Source of the DNA: Octopus vulgaris
Lineage: Eukaryota
DNA length: 64,000 nt
Assembly: GCA_951406725.2 (NCBI GenBank)
Contig: OX597837.1
Location: 42,656,001-42,720,000 of the forward strand
Direction: 5' to 3'
Shown: in pieces, positions 24,753-37,793 of the stretch
How positions within the stretch are numbered: the stretch's first letter is position 1
Layout of the letters: each line of letters begins with the position of its first letter
Notes under the pieces: model-generated
Seen by the model: the letters and a program-made list of their open reading frames with translations, nothing else
What the model was told of the DNA's origin: nothing
Databases searched by the model: none
Made by a program: the position numbers and the translations under genes

Positions 24753-27134
24753 CTGATGGACAGGCAGAAAAGAAAAGTTGTTGCCAGGTAGGGCAGGAAC
24801 AATTAGAAACACTGAGTTGAATTACAAATCTAGAAACCATTTCGAACAAGAGCAGAACTGATTAGTAACTCAGTCCCCTTTCTCTGATATGTGGTGAGAA
24901 AACAGCATGTTTTTGCATAAATGGATTGATTAAATTTTTTTTTTTATTTATTTCATTAGACTTAATAAATTACACTTTTCACGAGAAGAAGTAACAAATT
25001 ATTCTTAATAAAGTTCTTTCATGTGCTATTTTATTAATCAGGAAAAATGAGTGTTTGATTTGCACTTGTATGCGCAGAAAATTTGATATATCAAGTAAAT
25101 TTGATGTATATCTGTTTCAGCACCAAAACTTATGAAAAGCATGCCAAAATTTTTGCAAAGCAGACCAGCTGTCTGGTATGTGTGCCAACATTCATATAAA
25201 TCTCTATAAAATAAATTGCAGTAGGTGAGACTTCGTTTCAGTTCCTATGTAGAAATTATTTGGCATATGTTCTGAATTGTGAAAGAAGCATGACAGTCAC
25301 AAATTCCCATATCCAAAATAGCTTTTGGTCTGGCATGTGTTTAAGAAGCTTGCTCTGCAACCACACGGGTTCGTGTTCGGTCTTGTTGTGGCAGCTTGGA
25401 CAAGTGTCTTCTAGGATAGTCCCAGGCCAACAAATGTGCCTTGTGATCGAATATTCCCCCTCTCTCTCTCTTTCGGAGAGGCACTGAGCAGCTATACACA
25501 CACATACACACACGGCATTCAATCACCTACCGAATTCAATCACAAAGCTTCGGTCGACTCGGGGCTATAGCGGAAGACACCTGCCCAAAGTGCAACATAT
25601 TGTAGATGGAAACTGTGTTGAAGCCCATCGTATATGTGTGCATGTGTATGTGTCTGTCTGTTTTCACCACTGTTCCTTCAAAACTAGCGGTGGTTTGTTT
25701 ATATTCTTATAACTTAGCAGTTTAGCAATAGGGACCAACAGAATAACAGACTTTTACAAAAATAAGTACTGGCACCGATTTCTTCATGTAAAAGTCATGG
25801 TTGCAATCCAATGACTAAAACAAGTAAAATGACAGAAATTTTGATGATTAAAATTGGACTATCATCACCATCAGTGTACCATATATATTTTACCTTTCTT
25901 GCATGAGTAAGACAGATTTTCTGAGGTGGTTTTTTTTAATGGCCAGATGCCCTTTCAATTGCCAACCCTTTTAGTCCTCTCTTACAACATGCAGAGGTGC
26001 AGTATGTCTATCTTAAAACCAGGGTGGGTCATACTATAAATGTGACCAATACAGATGACAGGCTATACAGGGGATATAAACATAACTTTAAAGACCAACA
26101 AAGGAGCCCCTATAAGGGGTTGCTTGCTTGGTTAAAAACAACAGCAAAATCTTTCTCAGATCACACCCTACTACTTTAAAAAGAAGGATACAGTGAATAA
26201 TGAAGTCCTGGATGTATTATACTCGAGAAAATTAAACAAAACAAAAAGAAACACAACAGTCATGGGAGCAATGCGTTCGATCATAAGTGTCTTGGATCAG
26301 AAGCAGCCTGGGGTTGAACAGCGGTAACACAGAATTTTATATGAATTAGATTAGTAAATACAGCAAAAGAAATTATGATGCTGCTGCTGCTGATGATGGT
26401 GATGAAGAATTGCAATTCTTTGCTGTAGAAATATATCACTTGTTTCTTTCTCATTATTTACGCATTGCAACCCTTCCCCCCCCTCTTTTCGGTTCTATAT
26501 TTACAGTACTACAACAATAACAGCAACACCACCTATTTAATATAGTTGTGGGGGAGAGAGAGAGAGAGAGAGGGGTGGGGGGCAAGTGAACTTGTAAAGT
26601 ATGGCCTTACTATTAATCAAGTCACTCTTGAGTAATTTTCATTTCTGCATTGAAGCTGGCTTTTGGTTACAAATAGAAAAAAACATAAAAACTTGAAGAT
26701 CACAAGGTGAACAATAATACTTTAATAATAATTATTTGGAGAAAGATCATACTCTGTGTATGTGTGTGTGTGCTTGCATGGTGGTGTGTGCATCCAGACG
26801 CACAGACATGTACACAGTGTGTAAATATATATATGAATACATAATGGACTAAACAGTTAAATGTATTTCGGCTTGCTTCATCAGAGCCAGAGAAGAAAGA
26901 CGGGGGGGAAAAAAGCGAGACAATGAGAAGGAACTCTAGGATTGCTAAACCTGCTAGAAATAACAGTCATATCACAGTCAATTTACACTCTGCTATCTTA
27001 AGTCAGGAAAGAACTCAACCAGATGTTCCATATACTCCCAAAAACACAGAATAGAATACCACTTAACATAGGGCTAAAGGGTCAATGTTCTGTTGGCCCT
27101 AAACAACAACCTTTATATACAAATCAAGTGAAAC

Positions 27135-27484
27135 TTCTTATAAAGCCACAAATATATATTGTATATAAATAAAAGAGGCAGGCAACAGGTTGCTTAGCCG
27201 CATACTGAAAAAATTAGAAATAGCAGTCAGAGACTGTTTATTTCTATTTTCTGCAAATAAGACTCCACATACGACATATCCCTGTAATTCACATATGCAA
27301 AATATGCAAAAACATGCAAAATATTTTTGCATATATGAATTACAGGGATATGTCGTATGTGGAGTCTTATTTGTAGAAAATAGAAATAAACTGCTATTTC
27401 TAATTTTTTCGGTATGCGGCTAAGCAACCTGTTGCCTGACTCTTTTATTTATATACAATATATATATACTGAACTTTATAGAAG
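27135..27484. repeat. ~340-bp near-perfect palindrome (fold-back element)
   Basis: 27153-27305 is the reverse complement of ~27322-27465, with very little spacer. A nested hairpin AAATAGCAGTC-AGA-GACTGTTTATTT is present in the left arm only. Confidence 0.92.
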
Positions 27485-28372
27485 TTCCTACCTTTAATGG
27501 TTATATTTACATGCCGAAATCTACCAGTAAATAATTGTTGGTTTTTTTTAAAAACCATTAAAGATATTATTTACTCTTATTATATTACTAATTGGAATTA
27601 TATATATGTACACTCAATGGCAACTGCAGTGAATTTGCTTTTTAGTAGTTGAAATATGTCACAAACATATTTTAACTAACCTAAATATATATATTTATCA
27701 TCATCATTTAACGTCTGTCTTCCATGCATGCATGGGTAGGATGGTTGTCAGGAGCCAACCGGGTAGAAAACTACCCTAATGTACTGTGTCTGTTTTGGCA
27801 GGGTTTTTATGGCTAGATATATATATATATATATGTATATATATCATCATCATCATCATCATCATCATAGTTTAACGTCTGCTTTCCATGCTAGCATGGG
27901 TTGGATGATTTGACTGAGGGCTGGCGAACCAGATGGCTGCACCAGGCTCCAATCTTGATCTGGCAGAGTTTCTACAGCTGAATCCCCTTCCTAACGCCAA
28001 CCACTCCAAGAGTGTAGTGGGTGCTATATATTTCACAGTATCACAGTATTGGCCAGACCATCAAATGCTGTTGATGACCACTGGTCATAATGCACTTCCA
28101 GTTCTGTCTTGATTGCACCATTCTTTTCCATCTTGACTCAAATTGCTTGACTGAATCATCTTATCATCATGAAAACCTTCCATACGGAAGAATTCTGCCA
28201 AGAGCTAGAGAAAGTAGAAGCTCAAAAATCCATTTACAACATAGTGATGGGATATCTATATATACATATATATATATATATAGGGAGAGTTTACGAAAAA
28301 AACAAAAGACAAAGACAGGTGGTGTACAAAACAAACAGATGTATTAGTATAACGCTCAGGAATAGAAAAAAT

Positions 28373-28408
28373 CTTTTACATTTCGAGCCTACGCTCTTCT
28401 ACAGAAAG
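28373..28408 (-). ncRNA. Minimal hammerhead variant (CUGUAGA core) in a family H2 element (28281-28466)
   Basis: CUUU-CUGUAGA-A-GAGC-GUAG-GCUC-GAAA-UG-UA-AAAG. Confidence 0.6.
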
Positions 28409-28461
28409 GGACACAGAAAAAACAAGGAGAGAAAAAAAATGTGTGTAGTGGCGAACGATCT

Positions 28462-28512
<51 letters not shown>

Positions 28513-29914
28513 TGAAAGCATGAGGTCAAGTGATTAGGATATTTGGCCAATGATCAAAAGTTAATGGGTTCAATTCTTGAATCAGATAACATGTCCATGT
28601 CCTTGAGGTACTTCATTTCATGTTGCTAGTCTACTCAATCAAAATGAATACTAGTACTAGTGCTAAGTACTAGTGCAGCGCCTCTACTGTGTCACATCCT
28701 AAATGTTCTGCTGTGTTGAGTAAAGGAGGTGGGATGAGACATCCATGTGGGCTCATGATTACATAGGCACCTAAAGCAATTAGCAAATGTATAGTACATG
28801 TCACCATGCATTACTCACTTGCAAGTGACAGCTGTGTGTGACACAGGTGACAGCAAGTGACACGTGTGTGTGTATGTAAATTAACAGTGAAGTATTAAAT
28901 ATAAGTGATTCTAAATGTTATGCATTTGCAAACAGAAGCAGGCTACCATTATTGATCTATATATCCTTTGTTTACAAAGTAAACATGTTACCAAAGATAT
29001 CAGACTGAGTATTCACAACCCAAATTGAAAACCCATTTGTGCTTTTGCCTGACCTGCTACAAGCAGCAGTTAAATCTTCCTCAAATCACACACAACTATC
29101 ATAGAAAAGGACATGGTTTCGATAAAGTGGTCCTGGGTTCCCTTCAAAAGCGGGTTATGACTGGAATATTTTTCATCACAGGACTGACTTTGGATTAAAC
29201 AACAAAAACCTCAATTCATCTCTTCTCTGCCAAACAATGTATTAAATATAATTGATCTCTCATCGATTTTGACAAAGAAGTGTTCCAGCTGTTTGATCAA
29301 TGAAAGTGCCAACTTAATGAATCATATCTGCTAAGTGGCTGAATATTCCACAAACATGTATTTTCCATGTAATTTCTCAAGGATAGTCAACATGACAAAG
29401 CTTAAAACTAAATCACAAATAGTCCATTTCATAGGATTCTGCATAGTTTTCTTCCTTCCTAATTTCATTCATAAGGCTTAGAATATCCATGGTTATGATG
29501 GAAGACACTTGCATAAAGAACCACATGCATGTATTTAGTTTTATGTGTGTTTTCTATACTTGCATGGGTAAGATGAATGTGCTATTGAGGCAGTGTTTTA
29601 CAGCCAGGTGCCTTTCCTGTTGCTAACCTTTACCTCCTTTTCAGCTAAGAAATTTAATCCATGTGGCTTTGAAGGCATCAGGTGAGTAGATGTTTTGTTG
29701 ATAGAAGAAGAGACAACACTACTCATAGGTTGAGGCAGTCGTAGAAACACATACACAACAAATACACACACACACATACGATGAGCTTCAAATCCCATCT
29801 ACCAAATCTAGTCTCAAGGCTTTGATCAACCTGAGGCTATAGAAGATACTTGCCTGAGGTGTCATACATTGCAACCTAAGTTAAAACCAAGTGGTTGGGT
29901 AGCAAACTTCTTAA

Positions 29915-30134
29915 CTATTTTGAGTTTAAACCGGCTGTATCCGGCCAAAATATTGTTTCTGTTTTATGTTCAAGCTGGATAGATCCAACCTATCACACCT
30001 GCCCTACAATGTCATTCTAAAAATAAACAATCATATCATCGTAATTCCAAATCTATGAAATCATACCTGATTAATTCAGAGAAATGTGAATAAATAAGCC
30101 TTACATTTAACAGAATAATCTGAATGCTAAAGGG
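29915..30134. mobile_element. piggyBac-type MITE with TTAA target duplication, inside a SINE A
   Basis: AAACTTC-TTAA|..GAATGCTAAAGGG|TTAA-GCACACAGC; removing it restores the SINE A 5' region. Fragments at ~20915-20985, 23955-24005, 56855-56888 and 63490-63650. Confidence 0.75.
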
Positions 30135-30593
30135 TTAAGCACACAGCTTTGCTTGTGTTTGTGGAAGAGAAGTTAATTTATTAGAAGTCAAGACTTCAAT
30201 TTATCAGTAACTCAGTGTAGCAACAGGAAGGAGCCTCAATTTTGACAATAAGTGGAAAAACTCTACTGAATGTACTAATGTACTCTGTTGTTTGTATATG
30301 AACAAATTACAAAGTAATTGACTAAGCTTTTAATAGAAATCAATATCAAATACTATTAACCCCAATTTGCAATCAAAATGAGTAATTTTCAGGTAACTTA
30401 TTCATAGAACTTGAATCATATATCTTGTCGTTTGCCTGGCAGCATCACTACCAATTCCTTCCTCCCAACAATATAACAAATATTTTAAGACCATTTTCCC
30501 TGCTGAACCAGTGAGTTAACCTTTTGGGCCCCACGACAGTCTTCAACCCTCTTGCTTTTATTTCCTTCTTATACTCTCTTTACTCTTTTACTC

Positions 30594-30982
30594 TTTTACT
30601 TGTTTCAGTCATTTGACTGCGGCCATGCTGGAGCACCGCCTTTAATCGAGCAAATCGACCCCGGGACTTATTCTTTGTAAGCCCAGTACTTATTCTATCG
30701 GTCTCTTTTGCCGAACCGCTAAGTGACGGGGACGTAAACACACCAGCATCGGTTGTCAAGCGATGCTAGGGGGACAAACACAGACACACAAACATATACA
30801 CACACACTTATATATATATATACATATATACGACAGTCTTCTTTCAGTTTCTGTCTACCAAATCCACTCACAAGGCATTGGTCGGCCTGGGGCTATAGCA
30901 GAAGACACTTGCCCAAGATGCCACGCAGTGGGACTGAACCCGGAACCATGTGATTGGTTAGCAAGCTACTTACCACACAGCT
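30594..30982 (-). mobile_element. SINE family A, young copy
   Basis: Near-identical to the 14127 and 51621 copies; (TTACTCT)n tail. Confidence 0.92.
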
Positions 30983-32747
30983 ACTGGAATATTTCTCCAG
31001 AAGCAACTTGATAGATGCACATTTCTGTTTCAGCTAACTTCTAATTTAAATGCACTACATATGTGTAAGCATAGTTACGTGACGGTAAATGGAAACTGTA
31101 TGGAAGCCTGCCATCAGAACTGTTCCTGTTCTAGAGCAGTATGATTTATCACACCCAGTTTAACACTACCACTGACCTTTCGATAGCTTTAATAGATAGA
31201 GTCCACTCTGTTGGATGGACTCAGGCCAGGTCTCTAGTCTACAGACAACTTCTCTCTATTCTTTTCTACCTGTCTTAGAATACTGTATTTTAAATGCTTG
31301 GTCACATGTGGAAAGGAAAAGTAGGCATGTGACTATTCTTCTCTCTCTCATGTGACTAAGCCATTAAAATACAAGATGCTTTCTTGCAGAAGTTTACAGG
31401 AACAAGTTTACAATCATCAATAATTTCTCTTAAACCTTAAAACAGACACCCCAAGATCGTTAACAATCTAACCATGCAATAAATAATGACAATAATGAAA
31501 AGCATCCAATAAATAATAATAACCGAAACAAAAATTACTTTTACGGAGTATAGAGCCTGTCCTTTTTTTTATTATTTTCTCAAGAGTGAGAAAAATGTGA
31601 TGCTGAGACAATCATGTGTCCCCGCGTTGTCTTGTCATTAGTAATGATAAATAATGAAGTGTTAAGAATGAAATTGGAAACCAGGTTGCAAAGACAGATC
31701 ACTGTGAACTTGTTACCACACCAATGCGTTCACCAGCTGAAGTTTGGACAAGTGGAAAATAATAATGAAACAATACTTTTAAAGAATCAAACAGAGCGTA
31801 AACTGAAAATGTTTCCAATTATTCAGTGTAACAAGGGGAGAAAGAGAAGCAGATAGATAGATAAATGGAGAGAGAGAGACAGAGAGAAAGAGAGGAAGTG
31901 AGAGAGAGAGAGAGTGTGTGTATATATGTGTGTGTGTGTGTATGTGTATATATGTGTATATATATATATATGTATATATATTCACATGAAATCTTACATG
32001 ATTTGTAAACTACTAAGCACCCATTTAGAAGTGTTATTCCAGTTTATTACCAGTAACCACGCGGAGTAAATTAAGCAAATTCTCCAATGTTATCAATTCA
32101 TCGAGGCGCTAATGTCCTTAATATTCTTTTGTGAAAATGTAACATGATGGTGATGACAATGATTAATGAGTGGTGGTTATATGTTAATAAGATAAGGATA
32201 TTTTTGTAAGTGATCTCGAGGAGATAGACAACTGACTTGGCATCAGAGTCAAAAATTGCTCAAAGATTTTATCTCAAGAGAAAGCGGACACCACTGAACA
32301 TGATGCCGGTAAGCGTTCAGGTTTCATAGTCTGTCAGAATCAACTTTGCCAAACAGTAATGGCTTCTAAACTTGACACATGCTTACAAGACTGTAAGGGG
32401 AGTGCATTGAATTGAATTGAATAAACTTACAATATAAAAATTGGTTTTTACTTTATCAATTAGAGAGAGATGAAATGAAATCTCAACCTCAGTAGAATTT
32501 GAACTTGTAATACAGCAGAGTGAAAGTAAATCCTGTATCTAGTGATGTCCTTTACACCACCCCTAACCATTTTCTACCATATTTCTGTTGAAATACAATA
32601 CCCCCAATTTTATTTTATCAGGCCTGAAAGGATGAAAGGCAAAGCTGACCTTGGGAGTATATGAACTTGGAAATGCAAAGAGCCACAAGAAATACTGTTT
32701 AGCATTTTGTCCAATGTAAAAATAATTCTGCCAGCTCACCACCATAA

Positions 32748-32968
32748 CCCTTTCGTTGCTGTATTTATTTTGAGATGCTCTCTGTTTCTTTCTATTACTT
32801 TAAATATAACAGAGAATTTAGTAAAATAACTTAGTTATCATTCAGCCAGTGTTAGGAACATAAATTGTGACTATGGTTAGGTGGAAGATTTTAATTCAGA
32901 ACTTATGAAAATAAGACATTTGTACTACAGAGCCAGAGCCAGTTTCAGCCAGGTTTGTAACAAAAGGG
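32748..32968. mobile_element. piggyBac-type MITE
   Basis: ATAA|CCCTTTCGTTGC..GTAACAAAAGGG|TTAA. Confidence 0.75.
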
Positions 32969-33324
32969 TTAATAATAAATCTAATTTTGGCTCAAGGTCA
33001 TCAAGTTTTGTGAGCAGGGGACTAGTCAATTTTACTAACAGCTGGTACTTGGCTGGTACTTTATTTTTTTTTATTGACTCTGAAAGGATGAAAGGTAAAG
33101 TCAACCTTGAATTCAGAACATAAAGAGCTGGAAGAAATGCTGATAAGCATTTTGTCCAACATGCTAATGATTCTGCCAAGTTGCTGCCATAATGGTAAGT
33201 CAACTCACTGGAACTAGATAAGACTTCAACAGATGTTACTACCATTTTTTTTTAAGCAGACACTGGAGCTCAGCACAGCCCTCTGGCTCATTGGTTCTTG
33301 AACTGTCTAACCCATACCTATTTC

Positions 33325-33736
33325 TATTTCTTTACTACTCACAAGGGGCTAAACACAGAGAGGACAAACAAGGACAAACGGATTAAGTCGATTATATCGA
33401 CCCCAGTGCATAACTGGTACTTATTTAATCGACCCCGAAAGGATGAAAGGCAAAATCGACCTCAGCGGAATTTGAACTCAGGATGTAAAGATAGACGAAA
33501 TACCTATTTCTTTATTACCCACAAGGGGCTAAACATAGAAGGGACAAGCAAGGACAGACATAGGTATTAAGCCGATTATATCGACCCCAGTGCATAACTG
33601 GTACATATTTAATCGACCCTGAAAGGATGAAAGGCAAAGTCGACCTCGGCGGAATTTGAACCCAGAACGTAAAGAGAGATGAAATACCACTAAGCATTTC
33701 GCCCGGCGTGCGAACGTTTCTGCCAGCTTGCCACCA
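33325..33736 (-). mobile_element. Two head-to-tail SINE family B copies
   Basis: Repeated CACAAGGGGCTAAACA..ATCGACCCCAGTGCATAACTGGTAC..GGAATTTGAAC. Confidence 0.9.
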
Positions 33737-34583
33737 TGGGAAAAAGGATGTTAGATGATGATGATGATGACAGTCAGGTGCACCACCTCATATAACACAA
33801 TCCATCAAAGAGCTAGATTCTTTACAATTTTCATTGTTAGTCGTCTGCTTGCTTGCTATATCACATCTAATCTAATATTTTAAAACCTGAGCTAAATACT
33901 TCCTTCAAACTTAATATATTTTTCTTAAAGAACGATGGAAAAAAAAAAAAGAAAAAAGAAAAAGTCCAGCTCAGCACTAACAAGTTTCTCATCTCACCAA
34001 ACCAGCAGTTAGACTTTTCTCTTTATTATGCTGGCTCAGAGGAAAAAATTATTGTTGTTGCTATCCTGTCACAGAAAAAGAATATGCTTCATTTACAATT
34101 CTTTGCATATGGACTGCAATTTAAATTAATTAACAGTATCATGAATAAAACATTTAAATACTGATTACAATTTATTATTCCTAATGATAATAATTACCAA
34201 AAATAGCCATGACAAGGAACATTTAAGTATGCTGTAAGAATTGGTTCATACTATATAATTTGAAGTTGATAACACAGCAGCTATTGCTTGTTTTCTTCAA
34301 TCACAATGACAATGATATAAATTAAAGATGACCAATAGTTGGTGGATGATAGATATCTGTACAGCATAAGACAAAATACTCTGTGGTATTTCATTATATC
34401 CTTCTCTGTTCCGAGTTCAAATCTTATCCAGTTTCACTTTGAGAATAATTCATCCTTTTGAGAATAATGAATTTAAGTTGCAGTCGCTAGATGGTGGTGC
34501 CCCAATTTGTCTGCAGTCTCCAGTTACTGAAACTAGTCAAAGAATAAAATAAATTTCTTGAATATTTCATTTTTTTTTTTTTT

Positions 34584-35023
34584 GTGCCGGTGACACGTAA
34601 AAGCACCGTCCATTCGTGGCCGTTTGCCAGCTCTGTCTGGCCCCGTGTCGGTGGCACGTAAAAGCACCATCCGTTTGTGTCCGTTGCCAGCCTCGGCTGG
34701 CCCCCGTGCCGGTGACACGTAAAAGCACCGTCCGTTCGTGGCCGTTTGCCAGCTCTGTCTGGCCCCGTGTCGGTGGCACGTAAAAGCACCATCCGTTCGT
34801 GGCCGTTCGCCAGCTCTGTCTGGCACCTGTGCAGGTGGCACGTAAAAAACACCCACTACACTCGCGGAGTGGTTGGCGTTAGGAAGGGCATCCAGCCGTA
34901 GAAACACTGCTAGATCTGACTGGGCCTGACGAAGCCTTCCAGCTTCACAGACCCCAGTTGACCCGTCCAACCCATGCTAGCATGGAAAGCGGACGCTAAA
35001 TGATGATGATGATGATGATGATG
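34584..35023 (+). mobile_element. SINE family C with about 5 internal ~60-bp tandem units
   Basis: Unit GTGCCGGTG(G/A)CACGTAAAAGCACC(A/G)TCCGTTCGTGGCCGTTTGCCAGC.., followed by the RTE-type tail and (TGA)n. Confidence 0.9.
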
Positions 35024-35176
35024 AGACAGGTGTGAAAAGCTTGCTTCCCAACCATATGGTTTTGGGTTCAGTCCTTCTATAACCCCAGGTCAACCAAAGT
35101 CTTATAATTGTATTTGGTAGATGGAATGGAAACTGAATGAAATTTTGGAAAAATTAAAAGAAAAGCATTTTTTAAA

Positions 35177-35220
<44 letters not shown>

Positions 35221-35392
35221 TATGTGTGTGTGTGTTATCAGCGCCATCAGCATTTAACATCCATTTTCCATGCAGGTATGGGTTAGACAGTTTGACAGGA
35301 GCTGGCCATCTGGAGAGCTGTGTCAAGCTCCAATCGTCTGTTTTGGCATGGCTTCTATGGCTGGATGCCTTTCCTAATGCCATATGTATATA

Positions 35393-36847
35393 CTAGCAAA
35401 CGCACCCCACCGTCGTCCATTGGATGGTTTGTATAGGTGAAAAGGGTTAACTTGGACAGTGTTAAGCTGTGGAGATGTTTGATGATTGTATGGGGTTGTT
35501 ACTTTTGGTTAGGGTATTAAAGATTCCTGAGACGTTCAAACTGTTCTTCTTCTAAATAAGGAAAATTAATTGATAGTGAATCTTAACACAGTGGACCTTT
35601 TCAAAATTGTCATGAGGCCAATAAAATGAAGGAAAGCTGTTCAGCTCACAATATATACAACTTCCAGTGGAATCGGACATCATAATTAAGCTAAAAGATT
35701 TTGCACTCAAACACTTTCACACTGGGTTAAGCACAATGTCACTCTTCCATAATACATACCTCATGTTGACACCTATGCGTCAGACTGAACGCTGTTTTAT
35801 CTCCAAAGTGAATATTGCAAGTGACATTTAAGCAATAAACAGTTCTTTGGCTTTTGCATTTGACGACTGTTGCTTTACGTGTTTTATTTCGATTTTCACT
35901 GGCGTAGTGGTAAGAACTACGAGATAAGTAACATTAGTTTCAAATAAAAATATAAATGGAAGTTTTAATCACCTGATGGACAGGCAAACAGAAACTGCTG
36001 CTCAACAAAGGTGCAAAAATGCTAAGGAAAGTCTCTCTTCTCTAACTGACACAAAAAGAGTTGCAACTCGGGGGGTGAAATAACACAATGTGCAATAAAA
36101 TAACATAAGACATGTCCTTTGCAAATCAATTTTATCTCAAAAATTGAACAACACCGCTTACTGTTTTTAAGTTGGAAGAGAAACGTTAGGCAAGGTTGTA
36201 GATGTAACCCCCAAAATTTTTCACATTTTATAAGCAATCAATTAGTCTTTTCTACTTTCAATTGAATTTTGTTGAGAATATTTTCAGAAAATTGAGTAAT
36301 CACCAGTTATTTGCTTTATTTTCACTTTTTCGCTCACTTAAAGTAACTGTCTTTTCCAAGTAGTTTTTCATGTCAGCTGGTTTATTGCATGAAAAACAGC
36401 TGTAAGAACACATTTGACCGCAAATGCATGTGGTTGATTACAGTTAATTAAAGTTAATTGATTTTTTTTTTTAGCTGCTTACAATCATGTGAAAATGCAG
36501 AAATGAGTACAGTTGTTCGTGGTCTAATATTTAAATAAAAATGAGACTGTGTTTACAAATAGCAAGCTTTATTTACATATAGCTGTCATTTAAATGTGAA
36601 AACGTAGAAATGTATTGTTTAGAACATCGGTTAATGAACAGGATGGCGGAAGAAACAGGACAAAAAGATTACAAAAATAGCGATTCCCACTTTGAAACTG
36701 ACAATTTTGAAAATCTTTTTAGAATACGGAAAGCCCCGCTCTCTCATGTTATCCATGCTTAAAATTTCAGCATGATCGGATGAACAATATTTGAGTTATA
36801 AGCGCACAAAAAACAGACAGACAGAATGGGATTTATATATTAGAAGA
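35393..36847 (-). mobile_element. Non-autonomous Helitron
   Basis: Minus strand A|TCTTCTAATATATAAA..(TCTG)n..degraded hairpin..GTTTGCTAG|T; AT target, no TSD. Confidence 0.75.
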
Positions 36848-37416
36848 TCAGTCTTTTTCACCCCCTTCCATCTCACTACTTTACAACCAGTGTTGGTTTG
36901 TTAATGTCCCTAAAGCTTAGCAGTTTGGAAAAAGAGACCACCAGAATAAGTTCCAAGCTTAAAAAAAACAACAAAAAAAACTGAGGTAAATTTTAGTCAA
37001 TTTTGACTAAAACCCTTCAAGACAGTGCCCCAGCATGGCAGCAGTCCAACGAAAGACAAACAAATAAAAGATAAAAAAGGATAATACTCATAGAGAATGA
37101 GTACTTTGCTATTCAATAAGATATTTGAATGTATCAGATAAATGTGATTTACAGAGCAATGTCTTGCCTTTATATGATGTATTCAGAGATCAAGTGTGAA
37201 TGGAATATAAGTTTCAGTGTTGAATGGTTTTTCATACATTCTACAAAGCGTATGCATTGTTAGAGCAAGTTGTTTCTGGCTAGATACTGTGTTTTTATTG
37301 TGAGCTATTCAACCATAATATCACAATAGAAAGGCAGGAAGAAGCATGCAAAAACATTTGGCCTTAGGAGGCAATTCAGTGGTTTGAACATCTTTACTAT
37401 TCAACTACATTTTTGA

Positions 37417-37457
<41 letters not shown>

Positions 37458-37732
37458 TGATAATAATAATCCTTTCTACTAAAGGCACAAGGCCTGAAAT
37501 TTTGGGGGAGGGGCCTAGTCTTTATATCTTTCTACTTGTTTCAGTCATTAGACTGTGGCCATGCTGGGGCACCGCTTTGAATTTTTAGCTGAATGAATTA
37601 ACCTCAGTACTTATTTTTTAAAGCCTGGTACTTAGTCTATTGGTCTCTTCTGTCGAACTGCTAAGTTACAGGCACGTAAACACACCAACACAAGTTTTCT
37701 AGTGCTGATTGGGTGGGGGTGGACACACACAC

Positions 37733-37793
<61 letters not shown>

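Noticed and set aside
26852-26888. Minus-strand CTGATGAAGCAAGCCGAAA
   Set aside because: The stem II loop is too short and stem I does not pair; at best a decayed relic.
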